Assembly (NCBI GenBank): GCA_963972195.1
Contig: CAXATH010000005.1
Coordinates: 114,327-178,326 of the forward strand
Reading direction: 5' to 3'
Source of the DNA: an uncultured Hyphomonadaceae bacterium
Lineage (GTDB): Bacteria; Pseudomonadota; Alphaproteobacteria; Caulobacterales; Maricaulaceae
Length of the DNA: 64,000 bases
Part shown: positions 29,535 through 39,739 of the stretch, one piece after another
Position numbering within the stretch: position 1 is the stretch's first letter
Layout: every line of letters begins with the position of its first letter
Position numbers and translations under genes: made by a program
Notes under the pieces: generated by a model
What the model saw: only the letters and a program-made list of their open reading frames with translations
What the model was told of the DNA's origin: nothing
Databases searched by the model: none

Positions 29535-30824
29535 CTACAGTTCGCCGCGCCCCGACGGGTTTAACCAGCTTGGCAAACGCTCTGATTTGAGGATTTCTTC
29601 AATCTTCGGGCGCTCACGAATAACTTCGAATCTGTTCCCCTTGACCAGGACTTCAGGAACGAGAGGGCGGGTATTGTACTGGCTGCTCTGCGCCGCGCCA
29701 TAAGCTCCGGCGGAATGCAAGACAACCAAATCCCCGGCTTCCAGAGCGGGCATATCCCGGCCCGTCGTAAAGGTGTCGCCGCTCTCGCAAATCGGGCCGA
29801 CTACATCATAGGTCGCCTCGCTTGCTTCCGCTCCAGAGGCATTGACAGGTTCAATGTCATGGAAGGCGTCGTAAAGCGCCGGACGCAAAAGATCGTTCAT
29901 CGCGGCGTCAATGATAAGAAAATCCCTGTCTTCGCCGTTTTTGACATAAAGGACTTCGGATAACAGCACGCCGGAGTTTCCGGCAATCATGCGGCCGGGT
30001 TCGAATATCATCTCAACATCCATCCCCCGCGTGAGGCGTTTGACAAGTTTTCCGTATTCTGAAGGCGGAGGGGGCGTAACCGTATTGTCGCCATAAGGAA
30101 TTCCCAGACCGCCGCCTATATCAAAACTTTTGATCGTGTGCCCGGCTTGGCGAAGGCGAGAAATCAGCCCGCCGACTTTTTCAATCGCAGCTTCAAACGG
30201 TGCGAGCTGGTCAATCTGGCTGCCAATATGGACATCGACGCCGACAATATTGATGCCTGGGAGCTTTGCCGCATGGGCATAAGCGTCTTCTGCGGAAGAC
30301 CAGGCAATGCCGAATTTGTTTTCCTTGCGCCCGGTGGAAATTTTGGCATGTCCGCCGGCGGTTACGTCAGGATTAACTCGAAAAGCCACGGGTGCAGAGG
30401 TCCCCATGTCAAGGGCGACGTCATTCAAAGCCTCTAACTCGGCCAGGCTTTCGACGTTGAAAACACGTATTTTCGCTTGCAAGCCTGCCCGCATTTCGGA
30501 TTTGGTTTTCCCAACTCCGGAAAAGACAATTTTATTTCCCGGAATTCCGGCCAGAAGCGCTCGTGCCAGCTCCCCTCCGCTGACGACATCGGCGCCGGCT
30601 CCCATTTTTGCAAGAGTCGCCAAAACGGCTATATTCGAATTGGCTTTGACCGAGTAAGCGACGAGGGCTTCAATACCGTCAAAACTCTCGGCAAAAACCG
30701 AATAATGCCGTTCAAAAGTTGCCGTGGAATAAACATAAACGGGCGTGCCGACTGTTTCGGCAATGGCCCGCAAAGGCACGTCTTCGGCATAAAGCTCGCC
30801 GTTTTTATAATCGAAATGTCTCAT
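29535..30824 (-). CDS. lysA: Diaminopimelate decarboxylase
   Basis: 'YSVKANSN', 'HIGSQI', 'EPGR', 'VVGPICESGD', 'AGAYG'. Confidence 0.96.
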   Translation of the reverse strand: MRHFDYKNGELYAEDVPLRAIAETVGTPVYVYSTATFERHYSVFAESFDGIEALVAYSVKANSNIAVLATLAKMGAGADVVSGGELARALLAGIPGNKIVFSGVGKTKSEMRAGLQAKIRVFNVESLAELEALNDVALDMGTSAPVAFRVNPDVTAGGHAKISTGRKENKFGIAWSSAEDAYAHAAKLPGINIVGVDVHIGSQIDQLAPFEAAIEKVGGLISRLRQAGHTIKSFDIGGGLGIPYGDNTVTPPPPSEYGKLVKRLTRGMDVEMIFEPGRMIAGNSGVLLSEVLYVKNGEDRDFLIIDAAMNDLLRPALYDAFHDIEPVNASGAEASEATYDVVGPICESGDTFTTGRDMPALEAGDLVVLHSAGAYGAAQSSQYNTRPLVPEVLVKGNRFEVIRERPKIEEILKSERLPSWLNPSGRGEL

Positions 30825-30851
30825 GAGATTAGATGCTGATGCCTTTAATGC

Positions 30852-31097
30852 CTAATACGGCGTTGTTTCGTCCACATAGTCTTCGTCAAAAATATCATCT
30901 TGTTCGTCATCAATCGGACTTTCACTGATGACGCTGTCCTCATCCGGTTTTTCGTCAACCTCGTTTTGGGCTTCGCCCCAAAGAGGCGGCGGCGTTTTGA
31001 GAGGGCCTTTTATTCCGCAGGCAGTAAGGGTCACGGAACCCAAGAGCAAAGCGAGAGTTAAATATAAGTTAAAGCTGTTTCGGCGGGTGGCGCGCAT
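30852..31097 (-). CDS. Small lipoprotein (LptM/YifL-like)
   Basis: Lipobox 'LTAC' followed by 'GIKGPLKTPP'; sits upstream of lysA. Start refined to ATG 31097. Confidence 0.75.
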   Translation of the reverse strand: MRATRRNSFNLYLTLALLLGSVTLTACGIKGPLKTPPPLWGEAQNEVDEKPDEDSVISESPIDDEQDDIFDEDYVDETTPY

Positions 31098-31260
31098 GTC
31101 AGATCCTCTTTGGCGACATTGGTCGGTAATGGCCCTTTGAACATATGTCCAGTCCAACGGGATGTATAGGTCGGACAAGTGACATTACCTTACGAAAAAC
31201 GATTGGGATATTCACCGCAAAATGACTCACTTTTTAAATTTCTCACAAGGTTCAATCCAT

Positions 31261-32043
31261 ATGCTCCGCTCGAAATTATCCACGGCAATTCTCCTGACTT
31301 GCGTTATTTCAGTGCCGACCCTTGCCGGGGCCGATACGAACGAAAAAAGAGGCGAAACATTTTGTTTCCCAACAAAGAAAGCCGTAAATGTCGTTAAGGA
31401 TCTTTCCGAGGTGAAAGACAAGCACCGCAATATCGTTGACGTCGATATTGATCCTAGATTTCTAATTAAAGATGGCGGGATTTGGCCCGAACGTTTTTAT
31501 CTGGCGAAGGATGGTGAATCGGTCAAAAATCTTCCGTTTTCTAAAGAGGACGGCCGCGTTGATGATTTTATGGCTTCGGCGCGAGCTCATCCCGACACGG
31601 AAATTTGTGTGGATGATCCCACACGAGCTGACCGCCCAGCGGATGATGAAGGGCTATATTTTGAAATGGGTCTGTCACCTTTTTTCCATAACCGTAGCGG
31701 GACATACGATATGGAAGAGTTAAAAGAAGGCACAGAAGACGGCAAAAATTTCTACAAGAAAATGATACCTGGCGCCCTGGCAATGTTCATGCCTGATACT
31801 GACTATCTTGCCGTGAAATACGAAGATAGGTCGGCTCCACTTCGGGCGTTCGCCGTTTTGGACGGCGTCGAAACTTTGATGAAAGGGGAAAAAGTCAAAG
31901 ATTTTTACGTTATTTCCTTCGAAGATATGGAGGATTGGAAAGCAGAAGGGCTGGTTGTCAAAGGCGGCCCTTATAACCTTCAACCTGTACCCAGCCCGTC
32001 TGTTATGCGGCGATTTGGGTGGGGGCAGGACTCAGATTCCTAA
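31261..32043 (+). CDS. Exported hypothetical protein, paralogue A
   Basis: Signal peptide; shares 'F.N.SG....EL.EG..DG....M.PG.L....P' with the next ORF. Confidence 0.7.
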   Translation: MLRSKLSTAILLTCVISVPTLAGADTNEKRGETFCFPTKKAVNVVKDLSEVKDKHRNIVDVDIDPRFLIKDGGIWPERFYLAKDGESVKNLPFSKEDGRVDDFMASARAHPDTEICVDDPTRADRPADDEGLYFEMGLSPFFHNRSGTYDMEELKEGTEDGKNFYKKMIPGALAMFMPDTDYLAVKYEDRSAPLRAFAVLDGVETLMKGEKVKDFYVISFEDMEDWKAEGLVVKGGPYNLQPVPSPSVMRRFGWGQDSDS

Positions 32044-32111
32044 TCTCAATTTAACTTTTAAAAATCTAAGAACCTGATAGCTGCAGACAAATCGGTATTT
32101 TTGGGGGTTTT

Positions 32112-32891
32112 ATGTCGCGTGCAAAATTATTTTTGGGTGTTTTAATCGCGGGGACTTTTCCGGCGCAGGCTTTGGCCGAAACTGACTGTATGGAGGCCAA
32201 AGACCTTGTGAATATGGTTCAGTCTTTTTATCAGGCGGACGCAGACCGCGTCGATGTTATCAAACCAGAATTTAACCTACAGCTTAAACCCCTAGGGGAT
32301 AATCCGGCTCCGACGGGACTGCGCTATATTTATGAAAACCAAGAGATAGACCTTGCAATTGATGCGAAGGGAAACGTCCAGAATATGGAGAAGGCACTCG
32401 CCTTCAGCAAAGACGGCCAATTGTGCAAGTTGATTGAAGGCAAAATTGTCGGAAAGTCAGATGAGCCGACGGTTCAAGCCAATATGACTTTCAGTTTTCC
32501 CTTCATCAATACGTCCGGGAGCCACAGCGCGGACGAACTCGTTGAAGGAGCAAAAGATGGCTCAAAAGTTATGAATACGCTCGCTCCGGGTGGGCTTGGG
32601 TTTATGGTGCCGGGACTGAAGGCCATAAGCGTCACTCCCGCTCAACCGGATGGGGACACTCCCGTTTTACGTTTTATGGAAGGAAAGACTTTAACGCGCG
32701 GTCCCGAAGTCAGCCGGGTCAAAAAGAGTCAGTTTTTTAAAATAAAGGATTTGAAAAAATCCAGGGCGGACCGACTGGATATTTCTGGCGATTACAGGCT
32801 CATAGCGACATTTGATTATGATCCTGACGACATCAAAAAAGCGGCAGAGGCGAATGGTGCAAGAGGCGAAGAGGCGGCGCCTACAAACTAA
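32112..32891 (+). CDS. Exported hypothetical protein, paralogue B
   Basis: Signal peptide 'AQALA|E'; shares the motif above. Confidence 0.7.
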   Translation: MSRAKLFLGVLIAGTFPAQALAETDCMEAKDLVNMVQSFYQADADRVDVIKPEFNLQLKPLGDNPAPTGLRYIYENQEIDLAIDAKGNVQNMEKALAFSKDGQLCKLIEGKIVGKSDEPTVQANMTFSFPFINTSGSHSADELVEGAKDGSKVMNTLAPGGLGFMVPGLKAISVTPAQPDGDTPVLRFMEGKTLTRGPEVSRVKKSQFFKIKDLKKSRADRLDISGDYRLIATFDYDPDDIKKAAEANGARGEEAAPTN

Positions 32892-32926
32892 TTTACAACG
32901 CGCTCTTCAGCGCTTAGCCTTTTCGC

Positions 32927-34096
32927 ATGAAATTATTTTTACCTCTATGTTTAACAATTCTTTTTTTATCAGGGTGTGGGCAACAATCATCAGAAAAGCT
33001 GTCGCCTTCTCAAAATGAAATACCTCAGTCTCAATTGACCGAATCTGATATGACAGAGCCTCTTTCGGCGGAATTGGCGGAACGTTTTTCCGCTTTGGCA
33101 CTGACCTGCGTGCATCAGGAGTTCCCTAATAAAATTTCCCGCACGACAGATACGGCTGAAGAGATAGGCCGGCCAAAGGACCTCTTCCCTGTTTTTTACG
33201 GCTGTTTTGACTGGCATAGCGCCGTGCATGGTCACTGGATGCTTGTCAGATTATTGCGGACTGCGCCAGATGGCGCTTGGAAAGATGAAGCCCGCGCCAA
33301 ACTGGCACAGAGTTTTACTGAAGAAAATATAGCTGGTGAAATAGCAAATTTCGCCCGCCCGGCTCGGGGGTCATGGGAGCGGCCTTATGGTTTGGCCTGG
33401 CTGCTTCAACTCACCGCGGAATTACGGGAATGGGACGATCCTCAGGCGAAAATCTGGCTTGAACGGCTGAAGCCTTTTGAGTCGGACATTGCGGAAAGCT
33501 TGAAAACCTGGTTGCCTAATCTGGCTTACCCCATCCGATTGGGCACGCATAATCAAAGCGCCTTTGCATTCGGTCTCATTTGGGATTGGGCAGAGGTTTC
33601 AGGGGACGCAGAAATGCAAAGTCTCATTCGGGAAAAGTCTCTGGCTTTTCATAGAGGCGACGTGAATTGTCCGCTGAGTTATGAACCCAGCGGCGAAGAC
33701 TTTTTATCACCTTGTCTGATGGAAGCCGACTTGATGCGGCGCGTTTTGCCAGATGACGAATTTTCGTCATGGCTCTCCGCATTCATGCCTGATATTCCGA
33801 CGGATGGATCAAGTGACTGGCTCGCTCCAGGTATTGTTAAGGATGCGAGCGACGGGAAGCTTGTACATTTGGACGGCGTCAACCTTTCGCGCGCGTGGAA
33901 TCTTTACAACATCGCTGGAGCGCTTCCGAACTCTGATCCACGCCGCGCTGCTTTGATCGCGTTTGCAAAGCGGCACGAAGAGGTCGGCATCGCCGCTGTG
34001 TCGGACACACATTATTCGGGGTCTCATTGGCTTGCGAGTTTTGCGACTTATTTGAAAACCTCTAGGGGTCAGCCTCTGTCGGTTGAGCAGAAATGA
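32927..34096 (+). CDS. DUF2891 family lipoprotein
   Basis: Lipobox 'LSGC', 'FYGCFDWHSAVHGHW', 'ERPYGLAW', 'HLDGVNLSRAW', 'HWLASFA'. Confidence 0.85.
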   Translation: MKLFLPLCLTILFLSGCGQQSSEKLSPSQNEIPQSQLTESDMTEPLSAELAERFSALALTCVHQEFPNKISRTTDTAEEIGRPKDLFPVFYGCFDWHSAVHGHWMLVRLLRTAPDGAWKDEARAKLAQSFTEENIAGEIANFARPARGSWERPYGLAWLLQLTAELREWDDPQAKIWLERLKPFESDIAESLKTWLPNLAYPIRLGTHNQSAFAFGLIWDWAEVSGDAEMQSLIREKSLAFHRGDVNCPLSYEPSGEDFLSPCLMEADLMRRVLPDDEFSSWLSAFMPDIPTDGSSDWLAPGIVKDASDGKLVHLDGVNLSRAWNLYNIAGALPNSDPRRAALIAFAKRHEEVGIAAVSDTHYSGSHWLASFATYLKTSRGQPLSVEQK

Positions 34097-34284
34097 CCTT
34101 ACGCCAGACTGAAAATATCAGCAGTCCGTGCAAACTTATCTGTGACCTCGACTTAAAGAAAGATCAGTGTGTTGGGTGCGGCCGGACGCGCGAAGAAATT
34201 GCGCGCTGGCTGTCTTATACGGAATTGCAGCGCCGCGCGATTATGGCGGAATTGCCGGGTCGTTTGGCCAAGTCTGAGAAATGA
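34093..34284 (+). CDS. DUF1289 family Fe-S protein
   Basis: 'SPCKLICDLD...CVGCGRTREEIARW'. Confidence 0.85.
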   Translation: MTLRQTENISSPCKLICDLDLKKDQCVGCGRTREEIARWLSYTELQRRAIMAELPGRLAKSEK

Positions 34285-34288
34285 GCAA

Positions 34289-35698
34289 TTAGCTTAAAAT
34301 TTTTCTCCAGCGCTTTACTTGCTTTTTCACTTCGCTTGGCGCGGTTCCGCCATAACTTGTACGGCTGCTGGCAGAGGCCAGAGGAGACAAGACCCGGTAA
34401 ACATCGTCGGTAATGCGCGGCTCAATGGATTGTAAATCCGCCAGCTCCATCTCAGCCAAAGTATTGCCTTGTTTCTCGGCCAGAGCCACCACCCGCCCTG
34501 TGACATGGTGGGCGTCGCGAAAAGGCATGTTCAGAGTCATGACGAGCCAGTCGGCCAAATCCGTCGCCGTCGAGAAGGCCGCGCCGGCCGCCTCGGCGAG
34601 TTTATCTTTATTTGGGGACATATCGCTGATCATACCGGCCATAGCGGCCAAACCGAGTTCCAAGGCTTCAAAGGCGTCAAAGACAGGCTCCTTGTCTTCC
34701 TGCATGTCTTTGGAATAGGCGAGGGGAAGGCCTTTCATAACGATTGTCAAGGAGGTGAGAGCCCCGACAATCCGCCCGACCTTAGCCCGTACCAATTCGG
34801 CGGCATCCGGGTTTCTTTTTTGCGGCATGATAGAACTGCCAGTTGTAAATGTGTCGGACAATTTCACAAACTGGAATTGGGCGCTCGTCCAGATGACAAT
34901 TTCTTCTGAAAGACGAGACAGATGTGTCGCGCAAATGCTGGCCGCGGCGAGAGCTTCTAAGGCAAAGTCCCGCGCCGATACGGCGTCGAGCGAATTGGCC
35001 ATCGGACGATCAAACCCTAATGCTTTCGTGGTGGAATCACGATCAATCGGATAAGGTGTTCCGGCTAAGGCAGCTGCCCCGAGGGGACTTTCATTGAGAC
35101 GCTTGCGGCAGTCAGCGAAACGAGAGCGATCCCGCGCAAACATCTCTAGGTAAGCCATCATGTGATGTCCAAACGTGACAGGTTGCGCGCTTTGTAAATG
35201 CGTAAATCCAGGCATGATCGTGTCGGCATGTTCTTCCGCCTGACCGAGCAACGCGTTTTGCAAAGTATTTAATTGTGCATCGAACATATCCAGATCATCA
35301 CGCACCCAGAGACGAAAATCTGTCGCCACCTGGTCGTTCCGTGAGCGGCCAGTGTGAAGGCGACCAGCGGCTTCACCGATCTTTTCTTTCAAGCGGTTTT
35401 CGACATTCAAATGAATGTCTTCAAGTTCGGGTTTGAAAGGAAACGTGCCGGCGTTAATTTCTTCCAATATCTCATCCAGACCTTGATGAATCGCCTGACA
35501 ATCCTCTTCAGAGATAATGCTCTGAGTTTTGAGCATGGTCGCATGAGCTTTTGATCCAAGAATATCTTGAGCAGCAAGTTTTTGGTCGAAGTCGATAGAA
35601 ACATTGATCGCCTGCATTAGAGCGCCAGGTTGTGCGCTGAATCGCCCCCCCCACATCGTCTGGCCTTTTTCCGGTTTCTGATTTACAGGCTCGGTCAT
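34289..35698 (-). CDS. argH: Argininosuccinate lyase
   Basis: 'MWGGRF', '[13 protein letters not shown]', '[12 protein letters not shown]'; start uncertain within 35764-35657. Confidence 0.97.
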   Translation of the reverse strand: MTEPVNQKPEKGQTMWGGRFSAQPGALMQAINVSIDFDQKLAAQDILGSKAHATMLKTQSIISEEDCQAIHQGLDEILEEINAGTFPFKPELEDIHLNVENRLKEKIGEAAGRLHTGRSRNDQVATDFRLWVRDDLDMFDAQLNTLQNALLGQAEEHADTIMPGFTHLQSAQPVTFGHHMMAYLEMFARDRSRFADCRKRLNESPLGAAALAGTPYPIDRDSTTKALGFDRPMANSLDAVSARDFALEALAAASICATHLSRLSEEIVIWTSAQFQFVKLSDTFTTGSSIMPQKRNPDAAELVRAKVGRIVGALTSLTIVMKGLPLAYSKDMQEDKEPVFDAFEALELGLAAMAGMISDMSPNKDKLAEAAGAAFSTATDLADWLVMTLNMPFRDAHHVTGRVVALAEKQGNTLAEMELADLQSIEPRITDDVYRVLSPLASASSRTSYGGTAPSEVKKQVKRWRKILS

Positions 35699-36290
35699 GT
35701 CATCTGTCTCTTCATTTTTTACCCTGGACAATGCCATTCGGGTTTTACTTGTCATCGGTCTCATAGCCGTGTTTGGGGTCGTGGTGCAATCCTGTCAAAA
35801 ACCAAAAACCGGGTTCGAAAGATTGAGTGTGGCTTCATTGTCGAAACTCACAAGCCTAGAAGCCCCGCCGCCGCAACCAGATATTTCCTTTTCATCAACA
35901 GGTGGCGAAAAAATGAGCCTGTCCGATTACCGGGGTCAAGTCATTCTGGTTAATGCTTGGGCGACTTGGTGCCCGCCTTGCGTCGCGGAAATGCCTTCGC
36001 TCAACAATTTGCAGACCCAACGGGGCGGAGATGACTTTCAAGTCGTGACAATAAGCCTGGATAATAAAAAAGAGGATATCTCAGAGTTTTTTGAAACAAA
36101 CGGGATAGATGTCCTTCCGAGCTGGCATGACAGTACATATCAGATAAATGGAAAGCTCCAATTGCCGGGCCTTCCGACCTCTGTGATTTATGACCGGTCA
36201 GGCCGGGAAGTGGCGCGTTTGCTTGGGGAGGCTGAGTGGGACAGCCCCGAAGCCATTGCCTTGATCGATTATTTAATTGCGAATGAGTGA
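35697..36290 (+). CDS. TlpA-family thiol:disulfide interchange protein
   Basis: '[18 protein letters not shown]', 'GLPTS'; divergent from argH. Confidence 0.9.
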   Translation: MSSVSSFFTLDNAIRVLLVIGLIAVFGVVVQSCQKPKTGFERLSVASLSKLTSLEAPPPQPDISFSSTGGEKMSLSDYRGQVILVNAWATWCPPCVAEMPSLNNLQTQRGGDDFQVVTISLDNKKEDISEFFETNGIDVLPSWHDSTYQINGKLQLPGLPTSVIYDRSGREVARLLGEAEWDSPEAIALIDYLIANE

Positions 36291-36546
36291 AGTCCGGACC
36301 TGCCTGTTATGTAATCGCCCGCTCGGCGAGAAGTCCGAGAAACATCATGTGGTGCCTAAATCGAAAGGCGGCAAAGAAACGGTTGAACTTCATCCTATCT
36401 GTCACCGCAAAATCCATAAGGTCTTTACCCGAACGGAGCTTGCTGATTTCGGGTCAATACAGCCCCTTAAAGACCACCCTGACATTGAAAAATTTATCGC
36501 ATGGTTGAGAAATAAGCCACCGGATTTCTACCGTCGAACCCGATAA
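36277..36546 (+). CDS. Small HNH endonuclease (YisB-like)
   Basis: 'CLLCNR...HHVVPKSKGG...HPICHRKIH'. Confidence 0.85.
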   Translation: MRMSEVRTCLLCNRPLGEKSEKHHVVPKSKGGKETVELHPICHRKIHKVFTRTELADFGSIQPLKDHPDIEKFIAWLRNKPPDFYRRTR

Positions 36547-36814
36547 TTATTCCCAATTGGTTTAGAGGGTGTCGGTCTGATGCTTCTCTATCCTTGAATT
36601 TGTAATGTAGCCTTACCAGGACCTTTCTAAAATTCGGCAAAAATGGGGCAGGGTTAATCGATTGAGCTGACAATGAAATTATATGATTTAGACAAAAATA
36701 TGGCCTCATTTTCCTCTCCTTTTGATTAAACCCTGTTCACTTTACCTTTTGGTTTGCGTCGGACAGATTCTGCCCATTCGCTGGGGTGGCGATGCATGAC
36801 ACAGGAGAGACTTC

Positions 36815-37228
36815 ATGCGAATACGGAAATTAACGATCAGTATGCTGATCCCAGCTCTGGTTAGCTCAGCCTTGGCAATTAGTACAAATGCCCAAGAGGC
36901 AGAGGTTGAACCCACGGTACAGGACACTAATTTCTTAGCCGCAGATATCAACGCCAATGGAGAGCTAGACCGGGAGGAGTTCGTCTCTTTTGCGGTTATG
37001 AAAGCGGCCGAAGGACACAAAGATTTTGTCTTGGTGCGTGAAAACGGGTCTTATGACGACGCCTTCGATCAACATGACAGCAATGCCGACGGCGCCTTTA
37101 GCCCTGACGAACTCGCCTCTGTGGATGCAAAAGGCGACGCGAAAGATAAAGACTGGACTCTCAAAGAGGAGCCCGAACAGGGTGAACCCGCTGACGAGGC
37201 ATCAACTGGCGCGGATATCGGCGAGTAA
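36815..37228 (+). CDS. Exported EF-hand protein
   Basis: Signal peptide; loops 'DINANGELDREE' and 'DSNADGAFSPDE'. Confidence 0.8.
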   Translation: MRIRKLTISMLIPALVSSALAISTNAQEAEVEPTVQDTNFLAADINANGELDREEFVSFAVMKAAEGHKDFVLVRENGSYDDAFDQHDSNADGAFSPDELASVDAKGDAKDKDWTLKEEPEQGEPADEASTGADIGE

Positions 37229-37305
37229 CACGCTACGCTCCCGGCTTTTTTACCGGGTCGGTCCCTCATGCGCAGTTTGCGGCAAATGGAAGTTTTTCAA
37301 GTGAC

Positions 37306-37331
37306 GGAACAATTTTCTCAGTCCCGGCGTT
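37306..37331 (+). promoter_or_regulatory. EcfG/SigT general-stress promoter
   Basis: GGAAC-N17-CGTT about 50 nt before the DUF1328 gene. Confidence 0.7.
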
Positions 37332-37380
37332 ATTTTCCCAGAGACATTAAGTCTCGGTAATTACAATCGGAGAGAGACCC

Positions 37381-37536
37381 ATGTTACGTTACGCTATTAT
37401 AGCTCTTATTATTGCCCTTATTGCTGCTGCCCTTGGTTTTGGCGGCGTGAGCGGAATCGCAATGTATGCTTTTTATGTCTTTATCGTTCTGTTCGTAATT
37501 CTGCTCTTGGTTCACCTCTTGCAGGGCCGCGCATAA
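37381..37536 (+). CDS. DUF1328 (YtjA-like) small membrane protein; not in the ORF track
   Basis: Manual translation MLRYAIIALIIALIAAALGFGGVSGIAMYAFYVFIVLFVILLLVHLLQGRA; GGAG RBS. Confidence 0.85.
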   Translation: MLRYAIIALIIALIAAALGFGGVSGIAMYAFYVFIVLFVILLLVHLLQGRA

Positions 37537-37696
37537 CATATTCGGCCGTTCGTCTTCTTCCTGTTGAGCCTACCCCTTCAAGGCTTCAGCAGAAGAATAA
37601 GTCACCGCCGACTAAACGGGGCCAATTTACCCGTTTCAGCCGTCTTTCCTCTGGGAAAGGCGGCTTTTATTTTGGAAGTCTTTATAGTTAGGGGGG

Positions 37697-38434
37697 CTAG
37701 AAGGACCGTGTGAGCCAGAACTGGATTTGTGTGTCGGGAGATGTTTCGGTCAATCCGAACAAAACGCCCGTCGAAAGCTTCACTTTTTCAAAGAAGGGCG
37801 TGCTGACATAAGGCCCGGCCACGTGGCTTTGCTCGTCAAATGAGTCAATGCCAGATGTATCTCCATAAGTACTGAACATTTTGACGCCAAGCGCCCGCCC
37901 TTTAGGTAGCTTTTTCTGCAGGCGGGCCTGACTTTCGATGGTAAAGTCATCCCCTGACCCTTGCCCGATCTGCACTTCGGATTTTAACACGCCGCGCGCT
38001 TCCCAGCCTTCTCCAAATTTCCACTGATGCGCCCAGTTTATACCAAGTTGTCCGGGCCGGGAATCACCCCGCAAGCGCGCGTCAAAGCGTAATCCTTGCT
38101 GATATTTCTTATCATCTTCGCTGAGCTGCCAGACGAGTTCCGCTTCGACGTAATCAAAATCGAAATCTGAGTCTTGCGTCTTGCGGAATCGTCCGACGAC
38201 CCGCCATCTGAGATCAGAATTGATGGATCGTTGATAATGCAGGCGCTGCGCCACCCCGGTTTCGCCGCGGGAATTGTCCGGGTCAATGCCCAGACGGTAT
38301 TCGAGTGTGCTCTCGCCGTCATCCACCGTCGCGCCGACAACGCCGCTCGTGTTTTGCGCAAAGGCCGAATATGGATTCGCCAACAGACAGAGTCCTATAC
38401 TGATATATAGGATGAATGTATGAATATGTGACAT
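37697..38434 (-). CDS. Predicted outer-membrane beta-barrel protein
   Basis: Signal peptide, alternating amphipathic strands, terminal Phe ('FWLTRSF'). Confidence 0.6.
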   Translation of the reverse strand: MSHIHTFILYISIGLCLLANPYSAFAQNTSGVVGATVDDGESTLEYRLGIDPDNSRGETGVAQRLHYQRSINSDLRWRVVGRFRKTQDSDFDFDYVEAELVWQLSEDDKKYQQGLRFDARLRGDSRPGQLGINWAHQWKFGEGWEARGVLKSEVQIGQGSGDDFTIESQARLQKKLPKGRALGVKMFSTYGDTSGIDSFDEQSHVAGPYVSTPFFEKVKLSTGVLFGLTETSPDTQIQFWLTRSF

Positions 38435-38600
38435 AGCTAACCTCTTCTATGTGCCGCCGCCCATATACCCGATGCCGTGCAGAACAAACCAAATTTTGCA
38501 GGAAACTGCACACAGAGACCCTCCTATCTGTGTTTCTTTCTTGGAACGATCCGCCTGTTTGGCCATAGTTTTAACATCTGTTAATGGAGAAATAATTTTT

Positions 38601-39098
38601 ATGACGCCTCTCAGCACTGAGAATCTTGAACTTAAACTAGAAGACAAAATCGTTCACATGAGTATCACCGGTAATATTAAGCCGGAATCGATGACCCAGG
38701 GTCTCGACTGGATCCATGAACTGGACGCGGAGGATGACGACTTTAACCTCCGGATTGATATGGCCCAAGGCGAATTTGACGACCTTGCCGCAATCAGCGC
38801 AGAATTTAAGCGCGTGGCCACCGTGCTCCGCCATTCCAAATCCGCCAAAAAATGCGCGCTCATGACCGACAGCATGTTCCTCCGGAACTCGGCCAAGGTC
38901 GAAGGCGCGGTGATTCCTGGCCTCGAAGTCCGCACATTTGATCTGGACGAAGCGACGCCGGCGGAACGCTGGCTGAAAGGTGAGCCTTTGGTCCAGGAAG
39001 GCGATGAAGGCTATGAGCCCGAAGCGTCCAATGATCAGGTCGAAGAAGAATCTGATAATCCCTGGGACAGCCTCAAAATGAAAAACGTGAATGTTTAA
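38601..39098 (+). CDS. STAS/SEC14 (SpoIIAA-like) protein, copy 1
   Basis: 'FNLRIDM', 'KKCALMTD', 'AKVEGAVIPGLEVRTF'; start refined to ATG 38601 after GGAG. Confidence 0.8.
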   Translation: MTPLSTENLELKLEDKIVHMSITGNIKPESMTQGLDWIHELDAEDDDFNLRIDMAQGEFDDLAAISAEFKRVATVLRHSKSAKKCALMTDSMFLRNSAKVEGAVIPGLEVRTFDLDEATPAERWLKGEPLVQEGDEGYEPEASNDQVEEESDNPWDSLKMKNVNV

Positions 39099-39102
39099 AA
39101 AT

Positions 39103-39322
39103 GAGGGATGAAACGCGCTGCGTTTCATTAGGTCGCTAAAAGCGACCTCCCGTATTTCTTCGAAAGATTTGGCCAAAGCCAAATTTGAGAAGTCTCGCCA
39201 CAAATGCACTTTCCGAAGTCTAACGACTTCGGCGCTGCGTTGTCATTGATACCCCGCATCAATGACGGTCACTTCGCGTCTTCGAAAGACTTGGCCAAAA
39301 CCCAAATATGAGAAGCCTCGCA
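39103..39322 (+). repeat. Multi-hairpin intergenic element (family R3), copy A
   Basis: Homologous to the reverse complement of ~44213-44499; internal ~40-bp direct repeat CTTCGAAAGA.TTGGCCAAA.CCAAAT.TGAGAAG.CTCGC. Confidence 0.65.
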
Positions 39323-39341
39323 ACCTGTACCAAATAATAGC

Positions 39342-39366
39342 CTTCCCCTCGCGGGAGGGTTTTTTA
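39342..39366 (+). terminator. Intrinsic terminator
   Basis: CCTTCCC-CTCGC-GGGAGGG followed by a T run. Confidence 0.65.
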
Positions 39367-39384
39367 TACTTACTTCACCCCCCT

Positions 39385-39562
39385 CGTCATTTCCTGACCA
39401 AGCGCTCTGCGTACCCCAAGGGACAATCGGGTTATCCATACGACTCCTTATTTGCCATAAGTAATTTTACGTTGGCTCTCATCGGCGCGTTTTCGAAATT
39501 AACTAACCTCACACTCGCCGCCCCTTCACCGCATGGATTACCCGATCAAGTCGGGTAATGAC
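39385..39562. repeat. Inward-facing REP doublet: expanded REP 39385-39446 (+) and REP 39531-39562 (-)
   Basis: CGTCATT...ATCCATACGACTC and GCATGGATTACCCGATCAAGTCGGGTAATGAC. Confidence 0.75.
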
Positions 39563-39600
39563 AATTAGAGTGCGCCTCGCCCACGCCTTTCGTCCAACTC

Positions 39601-39670
39601 GCCATCTCACCATCCGAACGACGCACCGCGAAGCGGGGTTAGTAAGGATGCAGCCGCAGTTTCTGAATTG
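39601..39670 (-). repeat. 70-bp conserved module, copy 2
   Basis: Reverse complement differs at 4 positions from 11121-11190. Confidence 0.85.
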
Positions 39671-39739
39671 TAAATCACCCACGTATTTTCTCCCACTCGC
39701 AATCCAGTGCAGAGCCTTCTCACGGTTTCCATTAAAAAA

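Noticed and set aside
39158-39322. Possible CRISPR mini-array from ~40-bp direct repeats (also 44260-44450 and the repeats flanking the 70-bp module)
   Set aside because: Only two degenerate units each, spacers of about 70-100 bp that are themselves structured, and no cas genes in the window.
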